Below, piece after piece: positions 38,810-48,059 of a DNA stretch of 64,000 bases (its first letter is position 1; the number at the start of each line of letters is the position of its first letter). The position numbers were made by a program, and so were the translations under genes. The stretch is from Candidatus Aminicenantales bacterium (GTDB lineage: Bacteria; Acidobacteriota; Aminicenantia; Aminicenantales; Saccharicenantaceae). The DNA is taken from positions 62,001-126,000 of the forward strand of contig JBEKXF010000003.1 of NCBI GenBank assembly GCA_049512315.1, in the 5' to 3' direction. The notes below the pieces were generated by a model. That model had not been told where the DNA came from and searched no databases. It saw only the letters and a list, made by a program, of their open reading frames with translations.

Positions 38810-38922
38810 ATTTCGGTGACACACAACTCGTTACCTAAATTATCACCCCAGATCGATCTGCGTCAAACCCCTGGCCTGGAAGATTATAGCAATTACGGTA
38901 ATGAGTTGTATGTCACGGAAAT
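38810..38922. promoter_or_regulatory. Pair of inverted 31-bp palindromic sites in a divergent promoter region
   Basis: ATTTCGGTGAC-ACACAACTC-GTTACCTAAAT (38810-38840) matches the reverse complement of 38892-38922 at 26/31 positions. Confidence 0.8.
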
Positions 38923-38961
38923 ATTTAATAGAATTCGCCCGATGTGGAAAGGAGGGCCGGC

Positions 38962-39894
38962 ATGAGAAAAACCCATCCGTCGCGTCGCGATTTCCTCAAG
39001 GAGGCTGCCCTGGGAGGGGCGGCGATCGCCACGGCTGCCGCGGGGCTGAAGGGCCAAACGAGCCCGGAGAAGAAAGCTCCGCCACCCTTCAAGCTCAAGT
39101 ATGCGCCGCCGCTGGGCATGTTCGAATGGCAGGCCGGCAAGAATCCGATCGACCAGCTCAAGTTCATGGCCGGCCAGGGCTTCCGGGCCATGTTCGACAA
39201 CGGACTCATGGGACGGCCCGTGGCGGACCAGGAAGACATCGCCCGCGAGTCGGCCCGGCTCGGTCTCGCGATCGGCCCGTTCGTCGCCTACGCGGATTTT
39301 TCAGTGAAGACGTTCGTGACGAAGGACAAGGCCGTCCGGGACATGATGGCCGGGAAGCTGAAGACGGCCGTCGAGACCGCTAAACGCACAGGCTGTCAAC
39401 AGACCCTGGTCGTCCCGGGCCGCTACGACGAGAGCCTGGACTGGGACTACCAGACGGCCAACGTCATCGAGAACCTCAAGTGGTGCGCGGGCGTCGTCGA
39501 GCGAGCGGGCCTCGTCATCGTCATCGAGCCCCTCAACCCCAAGGACCACCCCGGCCTTTTCCTGACGAAGATGGCCCAGGCCTGCCAGATCTGCCGGGCC
39601 GTCGCCAGTCCGAGCTTGAAGATCAACGACGACATCTACCATCAGCAGATCACCGAGGGGAACATCATCCCCAACATCGATGCCTGCTGGGACGAGATCG
39701 GGGCCTTCCATATCGGCGATACGCCGGGCCGGAAGGAGCCGGGGACGGGCGAGCTCAACTACAGGAATATCTTCGAGCACATCCACGCCAAGGGCTTCCA
39801 GGGAGTCCTCTGCATGGAGCACGGCAAGAGCAAGCCGGGCAAGGAAGGCGAGAAGGCCGTCATCGAGGCCTATCGCGCCGCCGACGCTTTTTAA
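38962..39894 (+). CDS. Tat-exported TIM-barrel protein, hydroxypyruvate isomerase-like
   Basis: SRRDFLK twin-arginine signal; IEPLN..DHPG, DIYHQQITEG, GDTPGRKEPGTGE and CMEH. Confidence 0.88.
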   Translation: MRKTHPSRRDFLKEAALGGAAIATAAAGLKGQTSPEKKAPPPFKLKYAPPLGMFEWQAGKNPIDQLKFMAGQGFRAMFDNGLMGRPVADQEDIARESARLGLAIGPFVAYADFSVKTFVTKDKAVRDMMAGKLKTAVETAKRTGCQQTLVVPGRYDESLDWDYQTANVIENLKWCAGVVERAGLVIVIEPLNPKDHPGLFLTKMAQACQICRAVASPSLKINDDIYHQQITEGNIIPNIDACWDEIGAFHIGDTPGRKEPGTGELNYRNIFEHIHAKGFQGVLCMEHGKSKPGKEGEKAVIEAYRAADAF

Positions 39895-39908
39895 TGGGGA
39901 GGGTAAAT

Positions 39909-41213
39909 ATGATCGACAATTTCAAAACGGACCGGAACGGCAATAACGGCAACTGCCCGGGAATCACCCGGCGCGATTTCATCAAGACCTCGGCCGCGGC
40001 GTCCCTCGCCGCCGCCATCCCCGCCGGCCTCGGGCTCTACGCCGCCGGCTCGGACGCCATCCGAGTCGGGATCGTCGCCTGCGGCGGCCGGGGCACGGGC
40101 GCGGCCATCGACTGCATGGAGGCCGCCCCGGGCGTCGAGATCGTGGCCATGGCCGACCTCTTCTCCGATCGCATCCAAAGTTCCTTGATCCGGCTCCGGG
40201 AGAAGCACGCGGACAAGGTCAAGGTGATAGCCGACAAGTGCTTTACGGGGTTCGATGCCTACAAGAAGGTCTGCGCCCTGCCCGAGGTGAACCTCATCGT
40301 CACCGCCGCCCCCCCCGGCTTCAGGCCCCTTCATCTCAAGGCGGCGGTCGAGGCCGGAAAACACGTCTTCATGGAGAAGCCGGTGGCCGTGGACCCGGTC
40401 GGGGTCCGCTCGGTCATCGCCAGCTCGGAGCTGGCCCGGCTGAAAGGCCTGGCCGTCGTCGCCGGCACCCAACGCCGCCACCAGAGGCGCTACCTCGAGG
40501 TCATGAAGCGCATCCATGACGGCGCGATCGGCGAAGTCGTCGGCGGCCAATGCTACTGGAACCAGGGCGAGCTCTGGGTCGTCAAGAAAACCCCCGAGAT
40601 GACCGACATGGAGTGGCAGTGCCGGAACTGGCTCTACTTCACCTGGCTTTCGGGCGACCACATCGTCGAACAGCACGTCCACAACATCGACGTCGTGAAC
40701 TGGGCCTTCCGGGCGACCCCGGTCAAGGCCGTGGGCATGGGCGGACGCCAGGTCCGGACCGCCCCCGAATACGGCAACATCTTCGACCACTTCGCCGTCG
40801 AGTTCGAGTATCCGAACGGCGCCCGGGTCATAAGCATGTGCCGCCAGATGCCGGGCTGCAGCGACCGCATCGAGGAGAAGATCGTCGGGACCAGGGGCTC
40901 GGCCATGGGTTACGGCGAGATCTCGGGACCGGGCGCGTGGAAATTCGAAGGCGAGGAGGTCAATCCCTACGTCCAGGAGCATGCCGATCTCATCGCCAGC
41001 ATCCGCGCCGGGAAGCCGCTCAACGAAGGGAAACGCGTCGCCGAAAGTACGCTATGCGCCATCATGGGGCGGATGAGCGCCTATACGGGGCAGGCGCTCA
41101 ACTGGGACTGGGCCATGAAGGCCTCCAACCTCGACCTAACGCCCCCAAGCTACGCGCTCGGCCCGCTTCCGGTCGAGCCCGTCGCCGTGCCGGGCAAGAC
41201 GCCGCTCATTTAA
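39909..41213 (+). CDS. Tat-exported Gfo/Idh/MocA oxidoreductase
   Basis: TRRDFIK signal; GIVACGGRG Rossmann motif, HVFMEKP and GDHIVEQHVHNID. Confidence 0.93.
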   Translation: MIDNFKTDRNGNNGNCPGITRRDFIKTSAAASLAAAIPAGLGLYAAGSDAIRVGIVACGGRGTGAAIDCMEAAPGVEIVAMADLFSDRIQSSLIRLREKHADKVKVIADKCFTGFDAYKKVCALPEVNLIVTAAPPGFRPLHLKAAVEAGKHVFMEKPVAVDPVGVRSVIASSELARLKGLAVVAGTQRRHQRRYLEVMKRIHDGAIGEVVGGQCYWNQGELWVVKKTPEMTDMEWQCRNWLYFTWLSGDHIVEQHVHNIDVVNWAFRATPVKAVGMGGRQVRTAPEYGNIFDHFAVEFEYPNGARVISMCRQMPGCSDRIEEKIVGTRGSAMGYGEISGPGAWKFEGEEVNPYVQEHADLIASIRAGKPLNEGKRVAESTLCAIMGRMSAYTGQALNWDWAMKASNLDLTPPSYALGPLPVEPVAVPGKTPLI

Positions 41214-41223
41214 TGGAACGAAC

Positions 41224-42099
41224 ATGATTGATCCTGGCCTTCACGGCAAAGTCGCTTTGATCACGGGCGCCAATAACCCGCTGGGGATCGGCGCCGCGAC
41301 GGCCAAGGCCTTTGCCGCTCAGGGAGCCGCCGTTTTTATCACCTCGTTCCGCCGCCCTTCGATCGTGAGCCCATCAGAGATGGAGCAGGCGCGGAAAGCC
41401 GGGACCGGCGGCCCGTCATTCTATGAAGCGGTAGGACAGGAGCCGCCCGAGGCGATCGTCCGCGGCATCGAATCCCGCGGGGGCCGCGCCGCATGTCATG
41501 AAGCCGACCTCGCCGACCCCTCAAGCGTTCCCCGGCTCTTCGACCTCTGCGAGCAGGACCTCGGCCCGGCGGACATCCTCGTCAACAACCACGCCCATTG
41601 GCTTCCGGAGACGTTCGACCCCGCGCTGGTCACGGACGAGGGTTACGGCATGCGCTTGGCGGACGCGGGCTCCATCGATACCCACTACGCCGTCATCGTG
41701 CGCGCCTCGGCACTTCTGATGGCGGAGTACGTCAAACGCTACCTCGGGCGCGGCGCGAAATGGGGCCGGATCATCAACGTCAGCACCGACGCGGCCGACT
41801 CCCACCTCGGAGCCGTGAGCTACGCCGCCTCCAAACACGCCGTTGAGTCCTACAGCCGGTCCGCCGCCATCGAGCTCGGCAAGTACGGCGTCACGGTCAA
41901 CATCGTGGCCCCCGGCCCGGTCCAGACGGGCTGGCTGTCGCCGGATGAAGAAGACGCCATCGGGCGCAAAACTCCCTTGGGCCGTGTCGGCCTTCCCGAA
42001 GACGTCGCCGACGTCGTCGTGTTCCTGGCGTCCGACCAGGCCCGCTGGCTGACCGGCCAGCTCATCTATATCGGCGGCGGCTGGAAGATGCACCAGTAG
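41224..42099 (+). CDS. SDR family oxidoreductase
   Basis: VALITGANNPLGIG, ILVNN, YAASK (YxxxK), VAPGPVQTG and WLTGQ. Confidence 0.92.
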   Translation: MIDPGLHGKVALITGANNPLGIGAATAKAFAAQGAAVFITSFRRPSIVSPSEMEQARKAGTGGPSFYEAVGQEPPEAIVRGIESRGGRAACHEADLADPSSVPRLFDLCEQDLGPADILVNNHAHWLPETFDPALVTDEGYGMRLADAGSIDTHYAVIVRASALLMAEYVKRYLGRGAKWGRIINVSTDAADSHLGAVSYAASKHAVESYSRSAAIELGKYGVTVNIVAPGPVQTGWLSPDEEDAIGRKTPLGRVGLPEDVADVVVFLASDQARWLTGQLIYIGGGWKMHQ

Positions 42100-42163
42100 G
42101 GAGGGAAGAAAAGTAAACGCACGACACGGCTCGAAAGGCGCGTCCGCAATATGAGAGGAGGGC

Positions 42164-43504
42164 ATGATGAGTGAAAAGCGCACGAACATGAACCGGAGAC
42201 AATTCCTGAGGGCGGCCGCGATCACGGGCGGCGCCGCCGCAGCCGGAGTGGCCGGGTTCCCGACGATCGTCAAGGCCTCGGCCCTGGGGAAGGACGGGGC
42301 CGTCGCCGCCTCGAACCGCATCGTCATGGCCGGGATCGGCTTCGGCATGATGGGCCCCGGGAACATGTCGAGCTTCCTTGAGAAACCCGAGGTCCAGTGG
42401 GTCGCCGTCTGCGACATCGACAAGGAGCCGCTGGCCATGGCCCGGGACATGGCCAACAAGAAATACGGGAACAACGCCTGCGCGACCTACCACGACTTCC
42501 GGGAGCTCTTCCTGCGCAAGGACCTCGACGCCGTCTCGATCGCCGTCCCCGACCATTGGCACGCGATCCTGGCCATCTCGGCGCTCCGGGCCGGCCTCGA
42601 TGTTTACGGCGAGAAACCCCTGACCCACAATCTGCGCGAAGGCCGGGCCCTGTGCGACGCCGTCAGGCGTTACGGCCGCGTCTGGCAGACCGGCTCGTGG
42701 CAGCGCTCGGTCGAGAATTTCCACCAGGCCTGCGAGCTCGTCCGGAACGGCCGGATCGGCAAGGTCAAGCGGATCGAGGTCGGGCTTCCCTCCGGCCATT
42801 ACGATTTCGCCAGGACCTTCGGTCAGGAAGCTCTCGTCCCCCCGCCGCCCAATCTCGATTATGAATTCTGGATCGGGCCCGCGCCCTGGTGGCCCTACTG
42901 CAAGGCCCGCGTCCACATGAACTGGCGCTGGAACATGGACTTCGGCGGCGGTCAGTACATGGATTGGATCGGTCATCACCTCGACATCGCCCATTGGGGC
43001 ATGGGCTGGGACGAGACCGGCCCCGTCGAGATCGAGGCCAAGGGCGAATTCCCGACATCGGGCATCTACAACAGCCCGACCCGCTATTACGTGAACGCCA
43101 TGTACGCCGACGGGACACCCATGGCCCTCGCCGGCGGATACGAGGAGATCTGGGGCGGGACGAAATGGATCGGCGAGCACGGCTGGATCTGGGTCGACCG
43201 CGGCCAGTTCGAGACCGAGCCGGAGAGCCTGAAGTGCGAGACGATCGGCCCCGACGAGATCCGCCTCACCAGGAGCCGAGACCACTACCAGAACTTCCTC
43301 GACTGCGTCCGCAGCCGGGCGAAGACGATCGCGCCCGCCGAGACGGCCCACCGCTCCGCCAGCGTCGGCCACCTCGGCGTCATCGCCATGGAGGTCGGCC
43401 GGAAGATCAAGTGGGACCCGGCGACCGAAACGATCATCGGCGATCCCGAGGCCGAACGCCTGCTCAGCCACGCGTACCGGAAGCCCTGGCAGCTGCCCGA
43501 GTGA
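42164..43504 (+). CDS. Tat-exported Gfo/Idh/MocA oxidoreductase
   Basis: NRRQFLR signal; AVPDHWH, YGEKP, QTGSWQRS and DWIGHHLD. Confidence 0.93.
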   Translation: MMSEKRTNMNRRQFLRAAAITGGAAAAGVAGFPTIVKASALGKDGAVAASNRIVMAGIGFGMMGPGNMSSFLEKPEVQWVAVCDIDKEPLAMARDMANKKYGNNACATYHDFRELFLRKDLDAVSIAVPDHWHAILAISALRAGLDVYGEKPLTHNLREGRALCDAVRRYGRVWQTGSWQRSVENFHQACELVRNGRIGKVKRIEVGLPSGHYDFARTFGQEALVPPPPNLDYEFWIGPAPWWPYCKARVHMNWRWNMDFGGGQYMDWIGHHLDIAHWGMGWDETGPVEIEAKGEFPTSGIYNSPTRYYVNAMYADGTPMALAGGYEEIWGGTKWIGEHGWIWVDRGQFETEPESLKCETIGPDEIRLTRSRDHYQNFLDCVRSRAKTIAPAETAHRSASVGHLGVIAMEVGRKIKWDPATETIIGDPEAERLLSHAYRKPWQLPE

Positions 43505-43515
43505 GGAAACACGCG

Positions 43516-45528
43516 ATGAGAAACGAACCCCTGAAGCATTATCAAAAGGCCATAAGAATCGCGGCGACCGGGCTGGCCGTCCTCCTCGGCCTGGTCATCC
43601 TCGCTCCGGCGGCGACCGCGCGTCCGCAAGCAGCGACGGCGCCGGCTTCGGATTCGCTCGACGTCATCCTCAAGGACCTCGCAAGCTACAAGTTCGACCA
43701 GGGCGTCGGCGCGCCGCTCAGGCTTCGGGCCTATGTCTTTTCTCACAAGGATGACCCGGCGGCCAAAAGGGACTGCGAGGCGAAGCTCCTGGCATTCCTG
43801 CAAACCGGGCCCGCGCCGGGCGGAACGATGGCCGCCTGCCGGTCGCTCAGCCTCATCGGAAGCGCCGCCTCCGTCCCCGTCCTCGAGGGCCTGCTTCTTA
43901 AGCCCGAGACGACGGACCCGGCCCGCTACGCCCTGGAGAGGATCCCGGGCGAGGAAATCGACCGGGCGCTCCTCAACGCGCTCGGCAAGGCACAGGGCGA
44001 CGTCAAGCGCGGGATTGTCTCGACCCTCGGACGCCGCGCGGCAGCCGCGGCACTGCCGGCGCTGGAAAAGATCGTCGGCGGAAATGACCCTAATCTGGCG
44101 CTCGACGCGGTCAAGGCCCTTGGCAGGATCGGGACGACCGACGCGGCCCGGGTCCTGACCTCGTACGTCGGCCGTGCGAAAGGCCCGCAGAAGGGCGAAG
44201 CCGCCTCCGCGCTTCTCCTCTGTGCCGGGGCCTGGCGGAAGGCCGGAAAGACGGCCGAAGCCGCGGCCGTTTACGAGAAGCTTCTCGCCGCCGGTTTGCC
44301 CGATGTCGACCGCCAGGCGGCCTTTCGGGGAAAGCTGGCCGCAGCGGGCCGGGATGGCCAAGGGCTCATCCTCAAGACGCTGGCTGGTAAGGACACCGCT
44401 CTCTATGCGCCCGCCATCGCGATGATCCACATGGCGTTCACCGGTTCGGAGATCGGCCAAGTCCTGCCGTTCATGAGCAAGCTCCCCGAGGACGCCCAGG
44501 TCCAGCTCACGGCAGTTCTGGCCGGCTATCCGGCCGGCACCGTCCTCCCCATCATTCTGAAAGCCGCCGACGCCCCTCTGCCCACGGTCCGGATGGAAGC
44601 CCTGCGGACCATAGGGAAGATCGGCAACGCCTCGGTCGTGGAGATGCTCGCGAACCGCGCGGCCCAGGCCGTCGGCGACGAACAGTCTCTCGCCCGTGAA
44701 ACTCTCGCGCGGCTGAAGGGAACGGACGTCGAAACGGCGATCCTCGACCAGCTCAAGAGGGAAAGCGACGACAAGCTCAAGGCCGAGCTCATCCAGGCCG
44801 TGGGCGAACGGCGGATCGCGGCGGGGAAGCCGGTGCTCATGGAAATGGTTCGGTCCGCGGCGCCGTCGCTTCGGCTCAGGGCCATCGGGGCGCTCAAGGA
44901 CATCTCGGCGCCTGCCGACTTGAGGGACCTCTTGGGTCTTTTGTTCACGATCACTGACGACGCAGAAAGAGAGGCGATGCAGGACACGGTGGCATCCGTC
45001 GCCCTGACGATCCCGCGGCCTCTAGCCCGGGGCGAAGCCGCCGAGAACCTGCTCGCCGGCGAGAATGACCCTAAAAAGAAGGCGGACCTCCTCCGCGTCC
45101 TGGGGAAGATCGGCGACGACTCGGCCCTGCCGCTGATGCGGAGGGCGCTCGCCGACCCGGACAAGGACGTGGTCGACGCGGCGGTGCGCGGCCTGGCCGA
45201 TTGGCCGGCCACCTCGGCCCGGGACGATGTCTTCGGGATCGCGGCCGCGTCGGAAAACCTGACGCACAAGGTTCTGGCGCTCCGGGCCTTCGTCCGAATG
45301 ATCGGGCTAGAGTCCTACCGCCAGCCCGAGGCCTCAGTTGCCGACCTCGAGAAGGCGATGGCCCTGGCTTCACGGCCGGAAGAGAAAAAACTCGTCCTCG
45401 GCCTCCTGCCGCGCTTCCCCTGCGAGAAGGGGCTGCGGATCGCCGAGTCTCTCCAGAACGATCCGGCCGTCAGGGACGAGGCCAAAACGGCCCTCGACCG
45501 CATCCGCGAATCCCTGGGGAGAAAATAA
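43516..45528 (+). CDS. Secreted HEAT-repeat protein
   Basis: Signal peptide ending in ATA; repeated helical ALGRIG/LGKIG units; no catalytic domain evident. Confidence 0.85.
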   Translation: MRNEPLKHYQKAIRIAATGLAVLLGLVILAPAATARPQAATAPASDSLDVILKDLASYKFDQGVGAPLRLRAYVFSHKDDPAAKRDCEAKLLAFLQTGPAPGGTMAACRSLSLIGSAASVPVLEGLLLKPETTDPARYALERIPGEEIDRALLNALGKAQGDVKRGIVSTLGRRAAAAALPALEKIVGGNDPNLALDAVKALGRIGTTDAARVLTSYVGRAKGPQKGEAASALLLCAGAWRKAGKTAEAAAVYEKLLAAGLPDVDRQAAFRGKLAAAGRDGQGLILKTLAGKDTALYAPAIAMIHMAFTGSEIGQVLPFMSKLPEDAQVQLTAVLAGYPAGTVLPIILKAADAPLPTVRMEALRTIGKIGNASVVEMLANRAAQAVGDEQSLARETLARLKGTDVETAILDQLKRESDDKLKAELIQAVGERRIAAGKPVLMEMVRSAAPSLRLRAIGALKDISAPADLRDLLGLLFTITDDAEREAMQDTVASVALTIPRPLARGEAAENLLAGENDPKKKADLLRVLGKIGDDSALPLMRRALADPDKDVVDAAVRGLADWPATSARDDVFGIAAASENLTHKVLALRAFVRMIGLESYRQPEASVADLEKAMALASRPEEKKLVLGLLPRFPCEKGLRIAESLQNDPAVRDEAKTALDRIRESLGRK

Positions 45529-45579
45529 AAGCACCAACCGAAGGGGTCGAGTTAATCCGTTGTCAGAGGAAGGCGAACC

Positions 45580-46755
45580 ATGATCGAGGGACAATCGGCG
45601 GGCGGGAAGGCTCCGGAGCTTCGCTACGGCATGGTCGGCGGCGGCCCGGGCGCCTTCATCGGCGACGTCCACCGGAAGGCCATCGCCATGGACGGGAAGG
45701 CTGAGATCATCAGCGGCTGCTTTTCCCAAAGCTACGACAATACGCTGGCCACCGGGGAGTTCCTCGGCCTCCCCAAGGATCGCCTCTATCGGACGTTCGA
45801 GGAGATGATCCGGGCCGAGGCGAAGCGCAAAGACCGCCCCGATTTTATCGTCATCGTCACGACGAACAACGCCCACTACCCCGCCGCGAAGCTCGCCCTC
45901 GAAAACGGCTTCCCGGTCGTGTGCGAAAAGCCCCTCGCCACGAGCTCGAAAGACGCCACGGCCCTCGCCAGGCTCGCGAAAGGCAGGGGCTTGATGTTCT
46001 GCGTCACCTACGCTTATTCGGGCTACCCGATGGTCAAGAATATCCGGGACATGATCGCCGCGGGCGAACTCGGCGAAATCCGCTTCGTCAATGGCGAATA
46101 TCCTCAAGAGTGGCTCGCGACCAAACTCGAGGAGACCGGTCAGAAGCAGGCCGCCTGGCGGACCGATCCTAAGCTCGCCGGGATCTCCAATTGCGTCGGC
46201 GACATCGGCAGCCATATCGAATTCATGACCGCCTATATGACGGGCTTGCAGATCGAGTCGCTGTGCGCCCGGCTCGACCATTTCGGCCCCAACCGGCCGC
46301 TCGACGACAACGCCACGGTCATGGTGAACTATAAGGGCGGAGCCAAGGGCGTCTATTGGAGCTCGCAGATCGCCATCGGCCACGACAACGCCCTCCGCCT
46401 CCGCATCTACGGCACCAAGGGTGCGGTCGAGTGGTTCCAGGAGTTCCCGAACAACGCCCGCGTCTCGTTCCTCGACAGGCCGACCGGCACGATCTCGCGC
46501 GGTCGCGACCCCATGTCGCCCCGGGCCCAGGGCTTGTCGCGGATCCCGTCCGGCCATCCCGAGGGCTACTTCGAGGCCTTCGCCAATATCTATTCGACGT
46601 ACATCACGGCCCTGGCGAAGAAATTACGCGGAGAGCCGCTCTCGGCCGACGACCTCGATTTTCCAGGGATCGACGAAGGCGTCCGCGGCGTCCGCTATAT
46701 CGAGAAGTGCGTTGAGAGCTCGGCCAAAGCCGCCGCCTGGGTGAAAATGGAATGA
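45580..46755 (+). CDS. Cytoplasmic Gfo/Idh/MocA oxidoreductase
   Basis: GMVGGGPGAFIG.VHR, VCEKP, GDIGSH and PSGHPEGY.EAFANIY; no signal peptide. Confidence 0.93.
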   Translation: MIEGQSAGGKAPELRYGMVGGGPGAFIGDVHRKAIAMDGKAEIISGCFSQSYDNTLATGEFLGLPKDRLYRTFEEMIRAEAKRKDRPDFIVIVTTNNAHYPAAKLALENGFPVVCEKPLATSSKDATALARLAKGRGLMFCVTYAYSGYPMVKNIRDMIAAGELGEIRFVNGEYPQEWLATKLEETGQKQAAWRTDPKLAGISNCVGDIGSHIEFMTAYMTGLQIESLCARLDHFGPNRPLDDNATVMVNYKGGAKGVYWSSQIAIGHDNALRLRIYGTKGAVEWFQEFPNNARVSFLDRPTGTISRGRDPMSPRAQGLSRIPSGHPEGYFEAFANIYSTYITALAKKLRGEPLSADDLDFPGIDEGVRGVRYIEKCVESSAKAAAWVKME

Positions 46756-46783
46756 ATGGGGCGGGGAAGTGTCTGGCTTTATC

Positions 46784-46842
46784 GGGGGACACACACCGGA
46801 TTCCGGAGAGATCGGAACATGTTCCCGGTCCGGCACGTGCCC
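46784..46842. repeat. REP-like palindrome cluster
   Basis: GGGGGACAC, GGAACATGTTCC and GGCACGTGCC motifs related to the 26165 and 26898 hairpins. Confidence 0.45.
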
Positions 46843-46876
46843 TTGATTTTCGCGATCATGGTTGATGGAGGAATCG

Positions 46877-47875
46877 ATGTCTAGACCGATCACGCTGTTC
46901 ACCGGCCAATGGGCCGACCTGCCGTTCGAGGAGCTCTGCAAAAAGGCCTCGGTTTGGGGTTACGACGGCCTGGAGATCGCCTGCTGGGGCGACCACATGG
47001 ATGTCCGCAAGGCCGCGGCCGACGCCGCTTACGTCCGCGAGAAGAAGCGCATCCTCAAGAAATACGGCCTCAAGTGCTGGGCCCTCGGCGCTCACCTCGC
47101 CGGGCAGTGCGTCGGCGATGAATATGACGGGCGACTCGACGGCTTCGCCCCGGCCGGCGTCCAGGGGAAGCCGGACGCCCTCCGCAAGTGGGCCGTCGAG
47201 GAGATGAAGGCCTCGGCCCGGGCAGCCCGCGCCATGGGCTCCTATGTCGTCAACGGGTTCATGGGCTCGCCGATCTGGAAGGCCTGGTACTCCTTCCCGA
47301 CGACGACCGAGGAGATGGTGGCCGCCGGCTACAAGAAGATCCACGACCTCTGGACGCCCATCTTCGACGAGTTCGATAAGCAGGGCGTCAAGTTCGCCCT
47401 CGAGGTCCACCCAACCGAGATCGCGTTCGACGTTTATACGACCCAGCGGCTGTTCGAGGTTTTCAAGCGCCGCCTGACCCTGGGCCTCAACTTCGACCCG
47501 AGCCACCTCGTCTGGCAAGGCGTCGAGCCCAACCTCTTTCTCCGCGAGTTCGCCGACCGCATCTACCACATCCATATGAAGGACGTGGCGGTGACGCTCG
47601 ACGGCAAGTCGGGGATCCTCGGCTCGTTCCTGCCCTTCGGCGACATGCGGCGCGGCTGGAACTTCCGCTCCCTCGGCCACGGCGACGTCGACTTCGAAGC
47701 CATCATTCGCGAGCTCAACGCTTGTGGCTACGAGGGCCCGCTCTCGGTCGAGTGGGAGGACAACGCCATGGACCGCGAGTTCGGCGCTGCCGAATCCCTG
47801 GAGTTCGTCCGGCGGATGAATTTCTCGCCGTCCAAGGTCGCCTTCGATAAGGATTTCGGAAAAGATAAAAAATAA
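46877..47875 (+). CDS. Sugar phosphate isomerase/epimerase (xylose isomerase-like TIM barrel)
   Basis: LFTGQWADLP, ALEVHPTEIAFD, NFDPSH, HIHMKD and SVEWED; GGAGG RBS. Confidence 0.93.
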   Translation: MSRPITLFTGQWADLPFEELCKKASVWGYDGLEIACWGDHMDVRKAAADAAYVREKKRILKKYGLKCWALGAHLAGQCVGDEYDGRLDGFAPAGVQGKPDALRKWAVEEMKASARAARAMGSYVVNGFMGSPIWKAWYSFPTTTEEMVAAGYKKIHDLWTPIFDEFDKQGVKFALEVHPTEIAFDVYTTQRLFEVFKRRLTLGLNFDPSHLVWQGVEPNLFLREFADRIYHIHMKDVAVTLDGKSGILGSFLPFGDMRRGWNFRSLGHGDVDFEAIIRELNACGYEGPLSVEWEDNAMDREFGAAESLEFVRRMNFSPSKVAFDKDFGKDKK

Positions 47876-48059
47876 GGAATCCCAGGTTCTTGATCAGGAA
47901 AGCCGGCCGGAATCCGCCCGGGGGTCTTCCTTTTGATCGCACCCTTTGTCGCACGGCAAAATTTCGATCGGGCGGGCCGGGGGGCCTCGAAACGGCCTTT
48001 TTCTCCGGCGCCATTTTATAGTATGATGCTCCCGGCTCAACGGAGCGAGGAGCAGCGCG

